Shown here piece by piece: positions 1-13,450 of a DNA stretch of 64,000 bases (its first letter is position 1; each line of letters begins with the position of its first letter). Source of the DNA: Lytechinus pictus. Its lineage: Eukaryota. Both the position numbers and the translations under genes were made by a program. The stretch spans positions 18,664,001 through 18,728,000 of the forward strand of contig NC_087252.1 in assembly GCF_037042905.1 (NCBI RefSeq), written 5' to 3'. Under the pieces are notes generated by a model that saw nothing but the letters and a program-made list of their open reading frames with translations, was not told the origin of the DNA and searched no databases.

Positions 1-645
1 CTAATTTGAATAAAATGCAAATTCTGTGATTTTCCTATATGCTTGTATATTTATGGACTTTGATATGGTGTTTAGGAAACCTTCCTGCAAGGTATTACCA
101 TATTCCAATTTCAATAGATAATCTACTTGTAATTTTTCAGGGATGTATCACCAGTGTTTTTTCTTGAATATTTATGATATGTTAGATACTTTTATTTGCT
201 TAATATGCAAATACACTACAGACACTAAGCTGAATACAAATGTATTCAACGTCCTTAGTAATAGCAGCATGTAAATTTCAACATTAATGAAATTTTCAAG
301 CAGTTAATGAGAGAAAATCACAAAACCTTGACCTTTTTTCCATATAAGGATGCGTATTTGCATATTATGCAAATGAGGTAGATTTGTTTGCACTTTTGAC
401 AAAAAACATTGAGTACAGTTATTTATCGTAAATTTTCGTTCAAATTAAATTGTTTTGGACACTCAATTTGTAATCTTTGGGCTATTTTTCTAATCTTTTA
501 TGGCTAATTTGCATAATTAAATTTCAACTGCTTGGATTTCTTGGGACTTTTAGTATGTTGTTTAGGGGACCTTCCTGGAAAGCATTGCAGTGGAATATCT
601 CGTGTTGCAATTAGTGGTGGGTCAAGCCCTATATTGACTGGACTA
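1..645. mobile_element. Right end of a non-autonomous DNA transposon with a ...GGACTA terminus (Academ-like), inserted into a LINE endonuclease
   Basis: Ends in GACTGGACTA at 645, where ORF 504..1067 loses endonuclease character (…SNRLI|SPVNIG…). Bases 1-90 resemble 504-580 (internal repeat). The terminus has the same style as those at 36163 and 50090. Confidence 0.55.
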
Positions 646-1130
646 ATTAGTCTATTTGAATAGCAGCTGGGAGGGGAAGCTAATAGATCACAATTTAAGT
701 CTCCTATTAGGATAATATTCTTAGATTCATCATCCAACTTGGATAACACGTTTTTAATAACATCAAACAAATACATGCTAGAGCCAGGTGGGTGATACCA
801 GGCTAGTATAATCATCGCAGCAGACTTTGGTTGTCTCACTTCAACAGCAATCATTTCAAGGTCTTCTGACATTAAATCAGATCTTAATGTATGTTCGAGG
901 CGTTTTTCATTTATATATACAAGTATGCCTCCACCCTGCCTATTTATGTCTTTTCTATATACCATGTAACCATTAATATGTATTTGTTTGTTATCAATCG
1001 TGTCACACAAACGGGTCTCATTCAGTCCCAAGACATCAAAATTATGTTCATTTACAAAAAATTTCACTTGATCTAGGTTTGGATATAGAGTCCTGACATT
1101 AGGATGGGCAATGCTAATTCCAGGCTTTTT
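646..1130 (-). pseudogene. CR1/L2-group LINE ORF2 N-terminus: AP-like endonuclease, interrupted
   Basis: Reads GISIAHPNVRTL…DVLGLNET…YRKD…GGG…WYHPP…IILIGDLN, which are APE motifs. Truncated at 645 by the transposon. Confidence 0.85.
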
Positions 1131-1453
1131 TTTTAAATTAAAGACGATGCTTTGGGAAATTTAGTAGCAAATATATTATTAGAAATGTCAAACCTTGGGT
1201 CAGTAGCCGTTGTAACTTCTGACATCAAATCGTCTTGTGTAGATGAGCGTAAAGAAGATAAATTGGGACTGATAGAGCAATGTTCCATTTCATTATGTTC
1301 AGTTACAATAGCAGTTTGTTGAATATTTGATTTAGTTATTTTGTTGTTTGAAATAACATGAACAGGACAGTCAGAATCATAAATGTGATTTTTTTAACCA
1401 CGGGAAACACAGTCAGGGGCCGAGAGATCGGCACTCTCTTTTTGGCCACGCCA

Positions 1454-1590
1454 TTAATACATGTAGTTGTTTAAGAAGTCACAGTATTTTGCTTTGTGGC
1501 CCAATCTTTTACAGTTATGACATTTTATGGCATCGTCGTAGCGGCATTTTTGCTGTGTGTGGTTCATCTCTCTTCAGTTATAACAGCCTC
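1454..1590 (-). pseudogene. LINE ORF1 C-terminus with two CCHC zinc knuckles
   Basis: Manual translation gives GCYN*REMNHTQQKC-RYDDAIK-CHNCKRLGHKAKYC, i.e. two CX2CX4HX4C motifs, the first with Cys changed to TGA. Lies upstream of the endonuclease on the same strand. Confidence 0.8.
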
Positions 1591-4500
1591 TTAACCTTCA
1601 GCAATCAGCACGTTAGATAACTGATGACAGACTTGCTAACGAAATAGTATTATGGGGCATTGCAAGAAACTTATGTTCAATTGCAAATCAAGCGCGAGTC
1701 TCAAATTCGTATTCAAGCGTAATGAGGTCGAGTTGGAATTGTAATCCAACTATATGTTTGCGTTTTATCAAAGGACTTACCCTTGATTTGGGACGTGTGA
1801 TTGAGAAGAAAATTTCTCGCAATGCCCTATAGTAAAATGAAAGTTGTTCTTACGTAAATTGGTTATTAGTGTACACAATGTCGATTTACTACAGAGTCAT
1901 GTAAGATGTCGATGAAAATCACTTTGATATATATACTATAATGGTAATAGTTTTCAGGCAAAGTAAATCTAAATTTGATAACTGAAACATAAATATTATT
2001 TCGCTTTAAATTGTGTGTTCTTATTTTCCACAAGCTGTATTCCTGTCAAAGTCAGTGTTCTTATTCCTCTCCAAAACTGTGCTCTAAATTGTTGTTTCCA
2101 AGATCGATAAAGATAAATTTTCTGTTGTATCATTATCAGTCCAAAATATGCAACAGTAGCTCCAGGAATGCAGAGTGAAGAAACAAATGGCTATATCCAA
2201 GTCACAGTTATGGTACATGATATAATCTCCCGGTTGAAGTAGCGAGCAGAGACCAGTCAGCAAGTGTGCAGATCTGTGTGTAGAAGAGAAAAAAGAGAGA
2301 AATAGTCTAAATAATCAAATCAACGTAGGAATTTTCTTATGTTGATGATTATGAGGGACACTAATAAATACTGTCTGCGACCGCCACAATATTTTTGAAC
2401 AAATTAGTTAATAAATACTATAGGCGACGGTAGGAAGCCTACCAGACATTTAAGTTTGACTTTAATCGGTTTATAGTCTACATGGTCTAGTTTTGGTGCG
2501 CAGATTATCATCATCATCATTTGATGCAGGAACAAGTCGGTGCGGGGGCAAGTAATTCCCGGTCGACGACGAATATGAACTAGTACATGTAGTAGGTTTA
2601 GTATATGAAAAGTTCCACTTAGCGCACCGGTGCTATTCGGACCGGGTTACAAAGAGTGCATTTATCTTCATTGTTGAAGGCAGCATGCAGCAGCACTCTA
2701 ATCATGAAGAAACATTAGACTCAACTCCAATTTCGGTCAAGAATTATGGTAACCACCGCTGAAATTTTGTCTGCCTTCATGGTATCCTTCCCGAATATAA
2801 TAATTTTTTTTTTGAAAACTCCTCTGAAACAGCAGATTTTTCAGTCTAACCAAGCCAAGTCAGGCATGGTCCAAGCTAGCGCAGCGCTCATTGTCTGGCC
2901 TGCTTGGCCAGTTTATTTAGAAATCTGAAAAAAAAAATATGCTGCTAAAACATTAAAATAAAGACTTTACTAGCATGAAATAATGCATGATTCTAAAATT
3001 ATATTAGATCTGTATCTGTCACCTGACCTGAATGCATCGTCAGACGTGAGAACAAGCTTTTCTTAACTATGACGGCTTTTTGTAAAAGGATCAAACAGCG
3101 TAACGTGCAGCATCGGCTCCCTGCAGTGCACCGGCAGCCAGCAGCGAATCGCTACAGCTTGGAGTTTTTCAATAAACACTGACTGGAGTGGAGCAACACA
3201 ACGAAGACTGTCGAGTGGACAAAATCGGTCTTTACAGTTCACATTTCAATAAAAACGGGCAAAGTAACACAGTTATGGTTCAGTATACTGTTTTGATTTG
3301 TCGAAGACAGAAATCGGATATTACATTACATGAAGAAACCGGTAAATTCGGAAGAAAAATACAGATCAGCAAGGCGAATCAGTGCATTATGCACAGAGAG
3401 ATGTAGAGAGCCAGAGAGTTGATCAATGTGTAACGTCATCATTCTCCTGTTTTCGACTGCGTTATTGTCCGTCTGGGGGACTGAGAAGGGTCTCTAATAA
3501 TTTCATTCTTGCATTTCCACGACATCTATAAGACTTGTTATTGCCATATTTATGTATAAAAAGACAAGACCTTACCATCCATATATAATTTGTCTATAAT
3601 CATCACTTTTGTGAATTTTCTTTGTGTGTGTGCTTTGACTAAAAGATGGTAGTATCATGTACACATTAAACGCTATATACGTACGTATACATTGTCGGTG
3701 ATGTGATAATAACACATCACTTGAAAGAGGTTATTGGACATCATTTTGTCTTTCAACTTCTAAATATTTGCTCTCTCGCTTCATTTCTTTATAGCAAAAC
3801 AAATCCATTACAATATAGAAATCGAAAACACCTTTACAGTCGTTTTGTGATATAAATGAGTTCCAGCTTATTTCGACATGCAAACGAGCGAACTGAAAGA
3901 TGGTAATATCATGTTCACGGTTATATACTATACCCCAGTATACAAAGCCCTTTGTGTGTGGGTGTCCCCAAAATTTTGCATTTTCAGGCCAATATATTGC
4001 TACCCCCGCTAATCGGACCGGATGAACGCCACTGATCTGTAATAGTTCAAAATGTACAATGAAATCGAATTGTATAAACCTTCCTTTGAATACTCTAAGT
4101 ATAAATAATTCTCTCATATTTTTTTCCATATTGATTACAGATTCGTCCATCCAAATGCCAATCGTACATGAAAAGCGTAAGGCAGTGTTAACTTTCGGTA
4201 AGAATACATTTGTTTATCAATATAAAAAAATGCAACATCATTCAATATACACAGACAACTTAACGCACTCCCATAAACACGCGCCTCACACACACACACG
4301 TATGTATATATTTATTTGTTTTCAAGAAAACACATAGTACATAACATAAATTTGACAATAAGTTTGACATAAATTTGACAATAATATGAACAAGGTTGTA
4401 TTTTCTATAACATTATGATTACACGGTTGCCACATTAATCTTAGTTTGACTGTGTGGCAACCCCGGAAAAAATACAAATTATGCTTAACAATATCAATTA

Positions 4501-4685
4501 AATGTGAGGTGCAGGTGCAGAATGGAGGGGGGGGGGGGGGTCTGAGGAAAGAGGAAAGCGCTTGGTCCTTACAAGATTATATATATATATATATTGTAAC
4601 GAAATGAAAGGTTTATTTGATGTCCAGCATGGTTTCGTAACAGTGAAGAGCGTAGAATATAAAGTTTTTTTTATTCATGTATATA

Positions 4686-5655
4686 CAGTGCGTATAAAAA
4701 GGTTTACACTTTGGAATAGCCCTGGGAATTTAAAAATATTCATCATGTGGGTTTCTTTTCACATATAATATTGAGTTTGGGTCTCATCTATCCAATGAAA
4801 GTAAAAGTTTTGACAGAATGTTACACTTGAGTGAGCACTGTCCATTTTTTTAAAGCTCGCAGAAATCTGTTTGCGCAGAAATGCTCGTTTTCACGCTGTG
4901 TCAAGGGGAAAGGGCGAAATCAAACTTAACCAGCGAAACATTTCTCATACATTTCCCTTGCACTTTTGAAAGAAAACTGATACATTCAAGGATTTTCTAA
5001 CAATTTTGCCACACAAATTGAAATTTCAACACTTAGTAAGCACAACCTTTACCCTTTTTGTGCCAGCTGGATCTGAGGACATAACTGAATATGAAAAAAA
5101 GGTTTATATCAGACATCTCCAGCATTTTTTCACCAAGTTTTTCATCACTTAAAGTGGGTTTACATTTTATTTTTAGTTTAAAACAATTTTCCCAAGTTTG
5201 ACAATGATTAACAAAATGAAAATCAAGCCTAATTCATTTCATGTAAATCACAGCTCAGTGTAAAGCAAATATTGTCACGATGGCCTCGGTGTATGGGGGG
5301 GGGGGGGGTGGAGTGGGGCGCAATGCAATGTTCGAAGTGTTTTGGGCAAGGAAACAAGTTTGAAAATGTAAAAGATATCATCAAATTAACTTTATTAGCT
5401 AAATTTTACGTGTTCTTCATGATTAAGGTGTACTCTTATTCACATAACTATTTCAAAGTTCTGCGCAAATCATTTTTCACTAACATTTCAAAAGTAAGTG
5501 GTGCTCACTCAAGCGGAATTATTTTTCGACAGTTATACCGTCATTTGCTGAAATGGATCTGTATCAATATTAAAATGTGGAAAAATCTGCAGGATATTAA
5601 ATATGTATAATTTTCCTTTTTTTTTCTAAATGTAAACTTTTTTTGATACGCTCTG
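4686..5655. mobile_element. Tc1/mariner-type MITE in the 5' LTR of copy 1
   Basis: TA|CAGTGCGTATAAAAAGGTTTACA … TGTAAACTTTTTTTGATACGCTCTG|TA. The flanks rejoin to match the 3' LTR at ~8885-8910. Confidence 0.85.
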
Positions 5656-6164
5656 TAGTTGCATAGGGAAATTCAGTAATCGTTTGTAATCGATTACGAG
5701 GGTATTAAAAAAAAAGTATTTAAACACTATTTGTTGAGAAATAACGATGTTTACAACCGTATGATATTAGAAACTCATCTTAATTTGTTCTTCACTGTTC
5801 GGGTATAAATAGTAGTGACAATTACCATTACTGATGTTGAAAAGATTTAATTCATGAACCTAACTGCTTTTAATATAATATATCATTTTACCGCATGACA
5901 ATCTCCCTCCTAAATTTTTAAGCATAATCGGGCTCCATGCTCAATTATGAGCCATGCAATGTGCATGGCAGTAAGTTTTTTTGAGCGAAACTCTGTTCAA
6001 TTTGTATTGGAACCTGCTGCGAAAGGATGAGCATGATTTCTTCAGTAAAGTTATAAGAACTGAGTGGTCTGCTTCCCTCTTGCTCTTGCCGTTATTTTGT
6101 TGTCGGGAGCTACAAGTATACATGGTCGGAAGAGCAGAAGTACTGATTAGAGAAGGCCGGAGAG

Positions 6165-6360
6165 AGAATACTGACTTTACTGAGATACGGAAATACAGAA
6201 TTTACCGAGATACTGAAAATACTGAGAATACTGAAAATAGTAAGATGAGTGAGGATACTGAAAATACTGAAATGACTGAGATACCGAAATACTGACATTA
6301 CGGAGATACTGAATACTGGAATGACTGAGATAATGGAGATGCGGAATGACGGAGATGTTG
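6165..6360 (+). repeat. Degenerate ~9-bp minisatellite (TACTGARAA-like) within the LTR
   Basis: The same array occurs in every full LTR copy: ~9940-10200, 11490-11700, 19975-20200 and 21760-21960. Confidence 0.8.
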
Positions 6361-6499
6361 AAATTCATGAGAGATAATCCAAGTTAATGAGAAGGAGCAA
6401 AGAGTCAAAAGTGCAAAGACGGACTTTTCACCAACTGGTTGTATATTGCAGCCGAAACTAACCAGCTCGTCAGGGTAGAAAGTCGGTTCGGCTTACACG

Positions 6500-6517
6500 T
6501 GGTGTCAGAAGGGGGAT
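6500..6517 (+). promoter_or_regulatory. Primer-binding site, tRNA-Leu(CAA)-like
   Basis: TGGTGTCAGAAGGGGGAT, 2 nt after the LTR. One mismatch to the complement of the tRNA-Leu(CAA) 3' end (…ATCCCACTTCTGACACCA). Confidence 0.85.
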
Positions 6518-6541
6518 TGTTGGTGTAGAAGCTCAGCAGAA

Positions 6542-8277
6542 ATGGATGTTCGAGGACAAGGAGGGTGTGCGGTATCGCCGGCTGAGGTGATGGAGAAGTT
6601 GGAGAGCAGTATGGCGGAGATTGATCAAATGATTGCGGAGGTAAGGACCAGGATGGGGTTGACGCCATCATGGGGGACTGATGAGGCGTGCGGTAGGCAT
6701 GGGCCGAGAATTCAGTTCCAATCTTCACCAATTGACCACTTCAGAGCAGCACGGATACCGTAACTTGGAGAGCAGTATGGCGGCGATTGATCAAAATGAT
6801 GGCGGAGGTACGGACCAGGATGGGCTTGATGCCATCATGGGAGACTGATGAGGCGTGCGGTAGGCATGGGCCGAGAATTCAGTTCCGCAACCTACCGGAC
6901 AGAAACAGGAATTACAGACTTTACTACAAGGTACCCATCATAGACGAGCACTCAAGAGGAGAACCGAATCGGGAAATATACTGCTAAATCATAACGAAGT
7001 TATATCAAAGAAACCAAATATTGTACCAGACCAGTTTGACGGCCGCACTCCGGTTGAAGACTATCTAAACCATTTTCAAGCGTGCATTGTGGTAAATCGC
7101 TGGGAAGAATCTGAGGCATTGGAATATCTGGCAGCCTGCCTGAGAGGTTCTGCGGGTACACTGCCAACGCAGAAAACAGGAAGGAGATTTAGTTACTATG
7201 AACTAGTAGACAGAATGAGGAAACGATATGGTCCAGGTGGTAAGACAGAGGTCTACCTTGCCGAGTTGCGACAGCGACGGAGAGGACCAGGAGAGACACT
7301 TCAGGAATTAGGACAGAGCATAAGAGATCTGACGGCTCTCGCCTATCCTGAATTTGATGAAGACGGACAAGACCGGTTGGCATGGGGGCACTTTCTAGAT
7401 GCGATTGTAGATTGCAAAATCCGATAAGGGGTTTTCCGCTAGGAACCAAGATCACTAGACGAGGCAATAGAAGCTGCTCTGAATGCGGAGGCTTTCTCAA
7501 GGATGGAGGATGAAAGGTGGGAATACCAGCAAGTCAGGTACAGCCGTGCTGTAACCCGAGATGACGACAGAATTCATGTCCGTTCTGGAAAACCCTTCTG
7601 AAAAGTGAGAATTAAAAAGCTCATTCCATACCTTCTTCTGGAAACGGAATCGGAAGAGCCAGAGTCAGATGACGGAATATTCTGGAGAGTACTATCCTGA
7701 AGCTGGTCAGGCTAGTGTTGAAACATCAGAGGGGAACTCCTCCTTTTGCAAAATTGTTGGACAGCAGTTGGGTACTATCTCGGCTGACTGTGAGGAACAA
7801 GAGACAAGGAGAAGTGAACGCCTACGTGGTACATCAATCCCTGGAGGACAATTTGATAATGCTGGAATATCGGTCACAGGCCTGATGGACGAGGGAGTCA
7901 CAGGTGTGGAGCCATTTGATGGGTGCACTTTGGCGGGCGTGCCGAAGCGGTCGCAGAACCAGTTGGCTGAGACTGAGCAGGATGTTCCAGTTGAATGTCG
8001 GGAATCGGTGCCAAGATCGTTTGAGGACTTCGGTAATGTCTCACCTGAGAACCGGTTGCTTGACCGTGAAAAAGTCTGTCCTGTGCAGCTAAGCAGTGAA
8101 ACGGAAGAGGAACGACCATCCAAACAAGAAAGCAGGAGATATCTAGACCAGATGAACAGCGATGGAGGAAGGCGACAGAGATCACAGATGCTTTGCATCA
8201 ACAGGCGCCAGGGTGTTGAACTGAAAACCTGGCAATTCGCACAACCGTTGTCAAGTACCGCCACGCTGTTCGTGTGA
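6542..8277 (+). pseudogene. Gypsy gag remnant fused to scraps of pol
   Basis: ORFs 6542..6763 and 7089..7427 match copy-2 gag (MDVRG…; YLAELRQRRR…). ORF 7669..8277 has patches matching the copy-2 protease-RT linker (EGNSSFCKIV vs EGNSFCCRIV) and the integrase tail. Confidence 0.8.
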
Positions 8278-9286
8278 CCGAATAAGGGAAGACCTCCGGA
8301 AACCCATTCAGTATCCGTGATGATGTAAAGAAGGGCTGGACATAAAAGCCTTCCAGTCTATCCATCTATGTTTCCAAAGAACTGATAAATGACCAAGTTT
8401 GAAAGACATCGTTGCAATGGACTTTAACGCATAAAACTTTGGACTCTAATTAGTTGCCAAAATTATTATTACGTTCTTGTTGTTATTATGCGTACATGCT
8501 GTAGTTAAAGCAGTTTAATTTGTTGTGTTTTTTTATGTGAAAAGTGAGGTCTGTAACGCAACAGTTATGACTGCCAATAAACATTTTGTCAGAAATTAAT
8601 ATTTGTATGTAACAATCAGCATTACGTTGCTGAAATCAGGGAGAGGAAAATATTCCCATTCGTTTGCACAAGTATGGAAAGCAATGTTTAACGTATTGAA
8701 AATTGAAAGTAGACCATGTATCTCGATCTCGTGCAGTGTTGTTTTAATGACACTGTTTTGTTACTGAATTGGTCAGCTCGGGGACCGAGCTTTTCGAAGG
8801 AGGGAGTTGTGTAACGAAATAAAAGGTTTATTTAATTTTCAGCATGGTTTCGCATCAGTGAAGAGCGTATAATAATTTTAATCCATGTTTATAGTTGCAT
8901 AGGAAAATTCAGTAATCGTCTGTAATTTATTATGTAGGTATTTTCTTTAAAATTTATTCAAACACTATTTGCTGAGAAATAACGTTGTTTACAACTGTTT
9001 GTTTATGTTAGATATTTGTCTTTAATTGTTCTTCACTGTTCGAGTATAAATAGTAGTGACAATTATCATTGCTGTTGTTGAAAAGATTTATTTCATGACC
9101 CTAACTGTTTTTAGTAGAAGATTAAAGTTTACGGCCTGACAATCTCCCTCGGGATTGTTGAGCATATTCGAGCTCCATGCTCAATTATGAGCCATGCAAT
9201 ATGCTTGGCAGTAAGAGGTTTCTGAACGAAACACTGTTCAATTTTCATTGGAACCCGCTGTGACAGGATGAGCATGATTTCTCAGT

Positions 9287-9823
9287 AGAGAGTTTCAGGA
9301 GCAGTGAACAAGAACGATGTAGCAGTCGTTTGATCGTTCGAATCAACGTCGTCGTCTGCCCTTGTTCACTACAGATGCGAATACTTTAGATTTCACTCGA
9401 CTTGTACGTGTACGTACGTCCACGTGAACCAGCGCGATACCAGCCTGTCATGACACGCTACCCGACCCGGAAGATCTGGCGTACCATCGCCTGGCGACCC
9501 GGTCGGGTGATGCGAAGGTGCAACTTGTGCACACTTGCCCTTTCACTTGCTTTGATTCCTTTTTACGCGAGTTAGGATATATATAAAAGCAATGAAAACT
9601 GTGTTTTAAAAGGGAAAGGTTGATCTTCATGCTGAGCTTCAGCGGTTGAAATGACGTCACTCACGTGCACCTCTACTATGATTTAGGAGAACCGCAAAAT
9701 GGATGTGGCGAGGTTCTAGATTCTAATAGTGGACATGTGTGAGGACCTGAGGCATATGGAACGCCAGAAATGACGTCATCCCGTACCAGTTGACTATGTC
9801 GACGTGCGTTTCTAAAAGTGCTA
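9287..9823. mobile_element. ~535-bp insertion present only in the 3' LTR of copy 1 (MITE-like)
   Basis: Absent from the 5' LTR, which reads CAGTAAAGTTATAAG here. The ends TAGAGAGTTTCAG…CTAAAAGTGCTA form only a weak inverted repeat. Confidence 0.6.
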
Positions 9824-10345
9824 ATTATAAGAACTGAATGACTTGCTTCCTGCTCGTCGTTATTTTGTTGTATGGAGCTACAAGTATACTTGGTCGGAAA
9901 GCAGAAGTACGAAAGTGTTCGAAGTACTGACTAGAAGAAGTGAGAATACTGAAAATACTGACTTTACCGAAATACGGAAAATACTGACTTTACCGAGATA
10001 CGGAAAATACTGAGACGTGAGAAGACACGGAAAATACTGACTTTACCGAGATACTGAAAATACTGAATTTAACGAGATACTGAGAATACTGAAAACACTG
10101 AGATGAGTGAGGATACTGAAATTACTGAGATACCGAAATAGTGAAATTACGGAGATACTGAATACTGAAATGACTGAGATAATGGAGATACGGAATGACG
10201 GAGATGTTTGAAATCAATAAGATATAATCAAAGTTACTGAGAAGGAGCAAAGAGTCAGAAAGTGAAAAAGACGGACTTTACACCAACTGAATGTATATTG
10301 CAGCCGAAACGAACCAGCTGGTCAGGGAAGAAAGTCGGTTCGTTT

Positions 10346-10407
<62 letters not shown>

Positions 10408-11290
10408 ATTGCAATAATTACCTCATATGCAATTTACAATGCTAGATCCGAGCCAACCTGGACTAAGACAAACTTACTTCTGCCATAAGATGTTCTATTA
10501 TACAGCCAATTCTTGCCTGTTGCAGGAACGTTATTGATATAAACTACATACTTACCCTTTAAACTTATGTAAATTTATCATACCTCATCTTAATAATGTT
10601 AATATGTTACCGTTTGGACTACCGTTAGGATGTAGAACATCCCCCTCGGATTATGCTACCATTAAGCCTTATTCAGCAGCGAGTGTTCCTGCACTAACCT
10701 TAATATTAATAGCAGATTAACATGTGAGAGAAAGTGTATACTTTTAAGCTTTGCCGTGTTCTTATTCTTACCATCTATCTCCCCCTCTAGTTCTCATTCT
10801 TACCATCTCTCTCCTTCTCTTGTCCCCTTTATCTTGCTCTTGCTCTCTCAATCGCTCTCTCTCTCCCCTCTCTCTCTTTCTATCTCTTTCGGTCATTCAT
10901 TCTTTACCCTTATCCTTTGTATCTGCCGGATGTCGATTTAACTGTATAGTGCAATATGTATAGATTAAGTTTAGATTTATGATCATTACTTGTAAGAATG
11001 TACTCAAATTTATCTGGCCCACATTTATAATTAATTTAATTGAATGTCAAAATTGTTCAAAAATGCAATGAATTTACAGTTTTCCAATGAGTTTCTTCCT
11101 GAATCGCGCACTTCACTCATGTTCTGTTATTTGTACAATGTTTATAATTATGTTTCGTTCATGTATCTGTTACAATGTTATGTTCACACCTATGTCATGT
11201 TACCATGTATCTCGTTCGACAAGAACTGATATCCTGGGTTTATATGTTTATTACCTTTGTTATATGATTTATCAATAAAGAGGTGATTAA

Positions 11291-11335
<45 letters not shown>

Positions 11336-11937
11336 TGTAGCCGAACCGACTTTCTTTCCTGACGAGCTGGTTCGTTTCGGCTGCAATATACAACCAGTTG
11401 ATGTAAAGTCCGTCTTTTTCACTTCTGACTCCTTACTCTTTCACAATATCTTATATCATGGAACCGCACAGCCATGTTGAAGACCGAATACCCAGTATTC
11501 AGCATTTCCGTAATTTCATCTTGGTAATGTCAGTACTTTCAGTATCCTCACTCATCTCGGAATCTCGGTAAAGTCAGTATTTTTCGTACATTCTTTCGTC
11601 TCAGTATTTTCAGTATCTCGGTAAAGTCGGTATTTTCCGTATTTCGGTAAAGTCAGTATTTTCCGTACTTCTCACTTCTTCCAATCAGTACTTCCAACAC
11701 TTTCGTACTTCTACTTTTCAGACCATGCATTCTGTAGCTCCGTACTCAAAATAACGACAGGCGTGAAAGCAAAGTATATATTTCTTCAAACTTTACTAGA
11801 ATACATGCTCACCCTGTCGCAGCAGGATTAAACAGAATTTGAGCAGAGTTTCGTGCACAAAACACTTCTATTAGGCCTAGACGCCTGGCTTGTAATCGAG
11901 CATGAGGCAATACTTTATCGATCTAGCTCAACGATTC

Positions 11938-12000
11938 TTGTTGTTGTTGTTTGTTGGAAATTAAAGGCGACCAATTACATTTGACCATTACCGCCAAGCT
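11938..12000 (-). mobile_element. Short retroposon 3' fragment with a (CAA)n tail in the 3' LTR of copy 2
   Basis: Minus strand AGCTTGGCGGTAATGG…TTTCCAACAAACAACAACAACAA. Absent from the other LTR copies. Confidence 0.6.
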
Positions 12001-12702
12001 CTGGAGGGAGCTTTTCAGGACGTAAAATTTTATCACTATTTAAAAATAGTTAAAGTCATATAATAAATATTTTCAGCTAAGAAAATCGCGACTGTCACTA
12101 CTTTTGTATATCGAAACAGTGTAAAATTATCAAAGATAAAAAACTAACACAATTATACAGTTGTAAACTTCGTAATTATTCATCGATTACAAGCGATTAC
12201 TGAATTTTGCTATACAACTATATATATGGATTAAAAATTATTCTACAGTCTTTCCCGTTCCAAAACAATGCTGATAATTAAATAAACCTTTCATTTTGGT
12301 ACACAACTCCATCCTTTGAAAAGCTCGGTCCCCGAGCTGTCCAATTTCCTTGCAAAGAAACACTTGCAAATTTCTGTTTCTTTACATTTTATAACAATTC
12401 CAAAATAAATTATAATGTTTGATATGAGTAAGATAATCACTTCGCATTTTCTAATTCCGAACTTCCTACGGATATAACATTCAAGATGATTTTTTTCCTT
12501 CCATCTGAGTTTGTAAACTATATTCCTAAAGATGAACTAAACTACATACAACTTCTATGTACACAAAAGTTAACATCATCATACATTAAAAAAGCTAAAA
12601 CAAAACAATGCAGAATTTTCTTCTCAAGAGTCCTTTTCCGTTTTGTTTAATTCTTCATTTTATGCAAGAGTCTTTTGAGAGTCAGTATCAGTTTATATAT
12701 TA

Positions 12703-13450
12703 TTATGGTTCATCCGGCACTCTTTTGATTTATTCGGTGAAAATTTCAACGAGCTCTCCGTGTTTGGTGATGTATCTTTCAGTTTTACGTGTAAGGATCA
12801 CATCTCTGGGTATTTTGATGGATGATGTGTTATACTCCAAAACAGATCCCCCATCATGTCCAGCTTCCCTCAGCTTAGTTGTCAGATTCCTGACGGGCTT
12901 CCGGAGTTCTCCGTCTTCCTCTGTCTGGCAACTGGCGTCGCAGCACCTTGATGGAGTCTTCTCAGCAGATCTAAATCTTTGGTGAGATTTTCCTCGGTCG
13001 TTCCGATGAGAAGATTGAGGTGTATTAGATGCGGGTGACCAAGAGCGGCTTCTGCTCCTTCGTCTAATGACACTTCTTACCGACCTTTCCGGACTTCTTG
13101 GTGACCTAGGTGCTGAGTGGGAATATCTTCCGCTATCCCTAGGAGATCTGGGGCTCCGGTGTCGGACTGGTGACTTGTCTGAACGGGACCTACATTCCGG
13201 AGTGTGAACTGGAGTTTTTCCATATTTCCTGGTTGGGACTGGCTCTGCATGGGTCGCTTCATGTTTTTTTCAGGTCGCCCTTCCTTCCACATCTGTAATC
13301 GCATTTGGTGCATCTGAATCTTTTCACATGACATTCCCGGTGATGGCAATCAAGCTGTGTCAGCTTCTCAAATGTTTTGCTGCATTCCCCACAGGAAAAT
13401 TCATTGTGTGATACTTTGCTGGAAATGCTGATCTCGTCGTCACTCACCAT
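12703..13450 (-). pseudogene. Extra ORF3 of the Gypsy element: two C2H2 zinc fingers plus an RS/SP-rich region (one frameshift, one late stop)
   Basis: Finger 1 is CGECSKTFEKLTQLDCHHRECH. Removing one A from the A7 run at ~13264-13270 gives finger 2, CTKCDYRCGRKGDLKKHEATH, then …RSPRSPRDS…RSPRSPERS…RRRSRSRSWSP…. A splice acceptor CTCTTCTCCAATTTGTATTGCAG precedes AAGATG. Confidence 0.8.

Larger units (their letters stand above)
4595..10348 (+). mobile_element. Ty3/Gypsy LTR element copy 1, non-autonomous deletion derivative
   Basis: LTRs 4595-6497 and 8810-10348 (TGTAAC…TTACA). PBS at 6500, PPT at 8796-8806, ATAT on both flanks in (TA)n. Gag remnants are present, with no RT, RNase H or integrase core. 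Confidence 0.9.

Noticed and set aside
3731..4337. 139-aa and 92-aa ORFs
   Set aside because: No recognisable domain or convincing splice structure.
5981..6368. ENTE-repeat protein ORFs
   Set aside because: They are by-products of the 9-bp LTR minisatellite.
12703..13450. Retroviral env gene
   Set aside because: No signal peptide, fusion peptide or transmembrane segment; the product is basic and hydrophilic.
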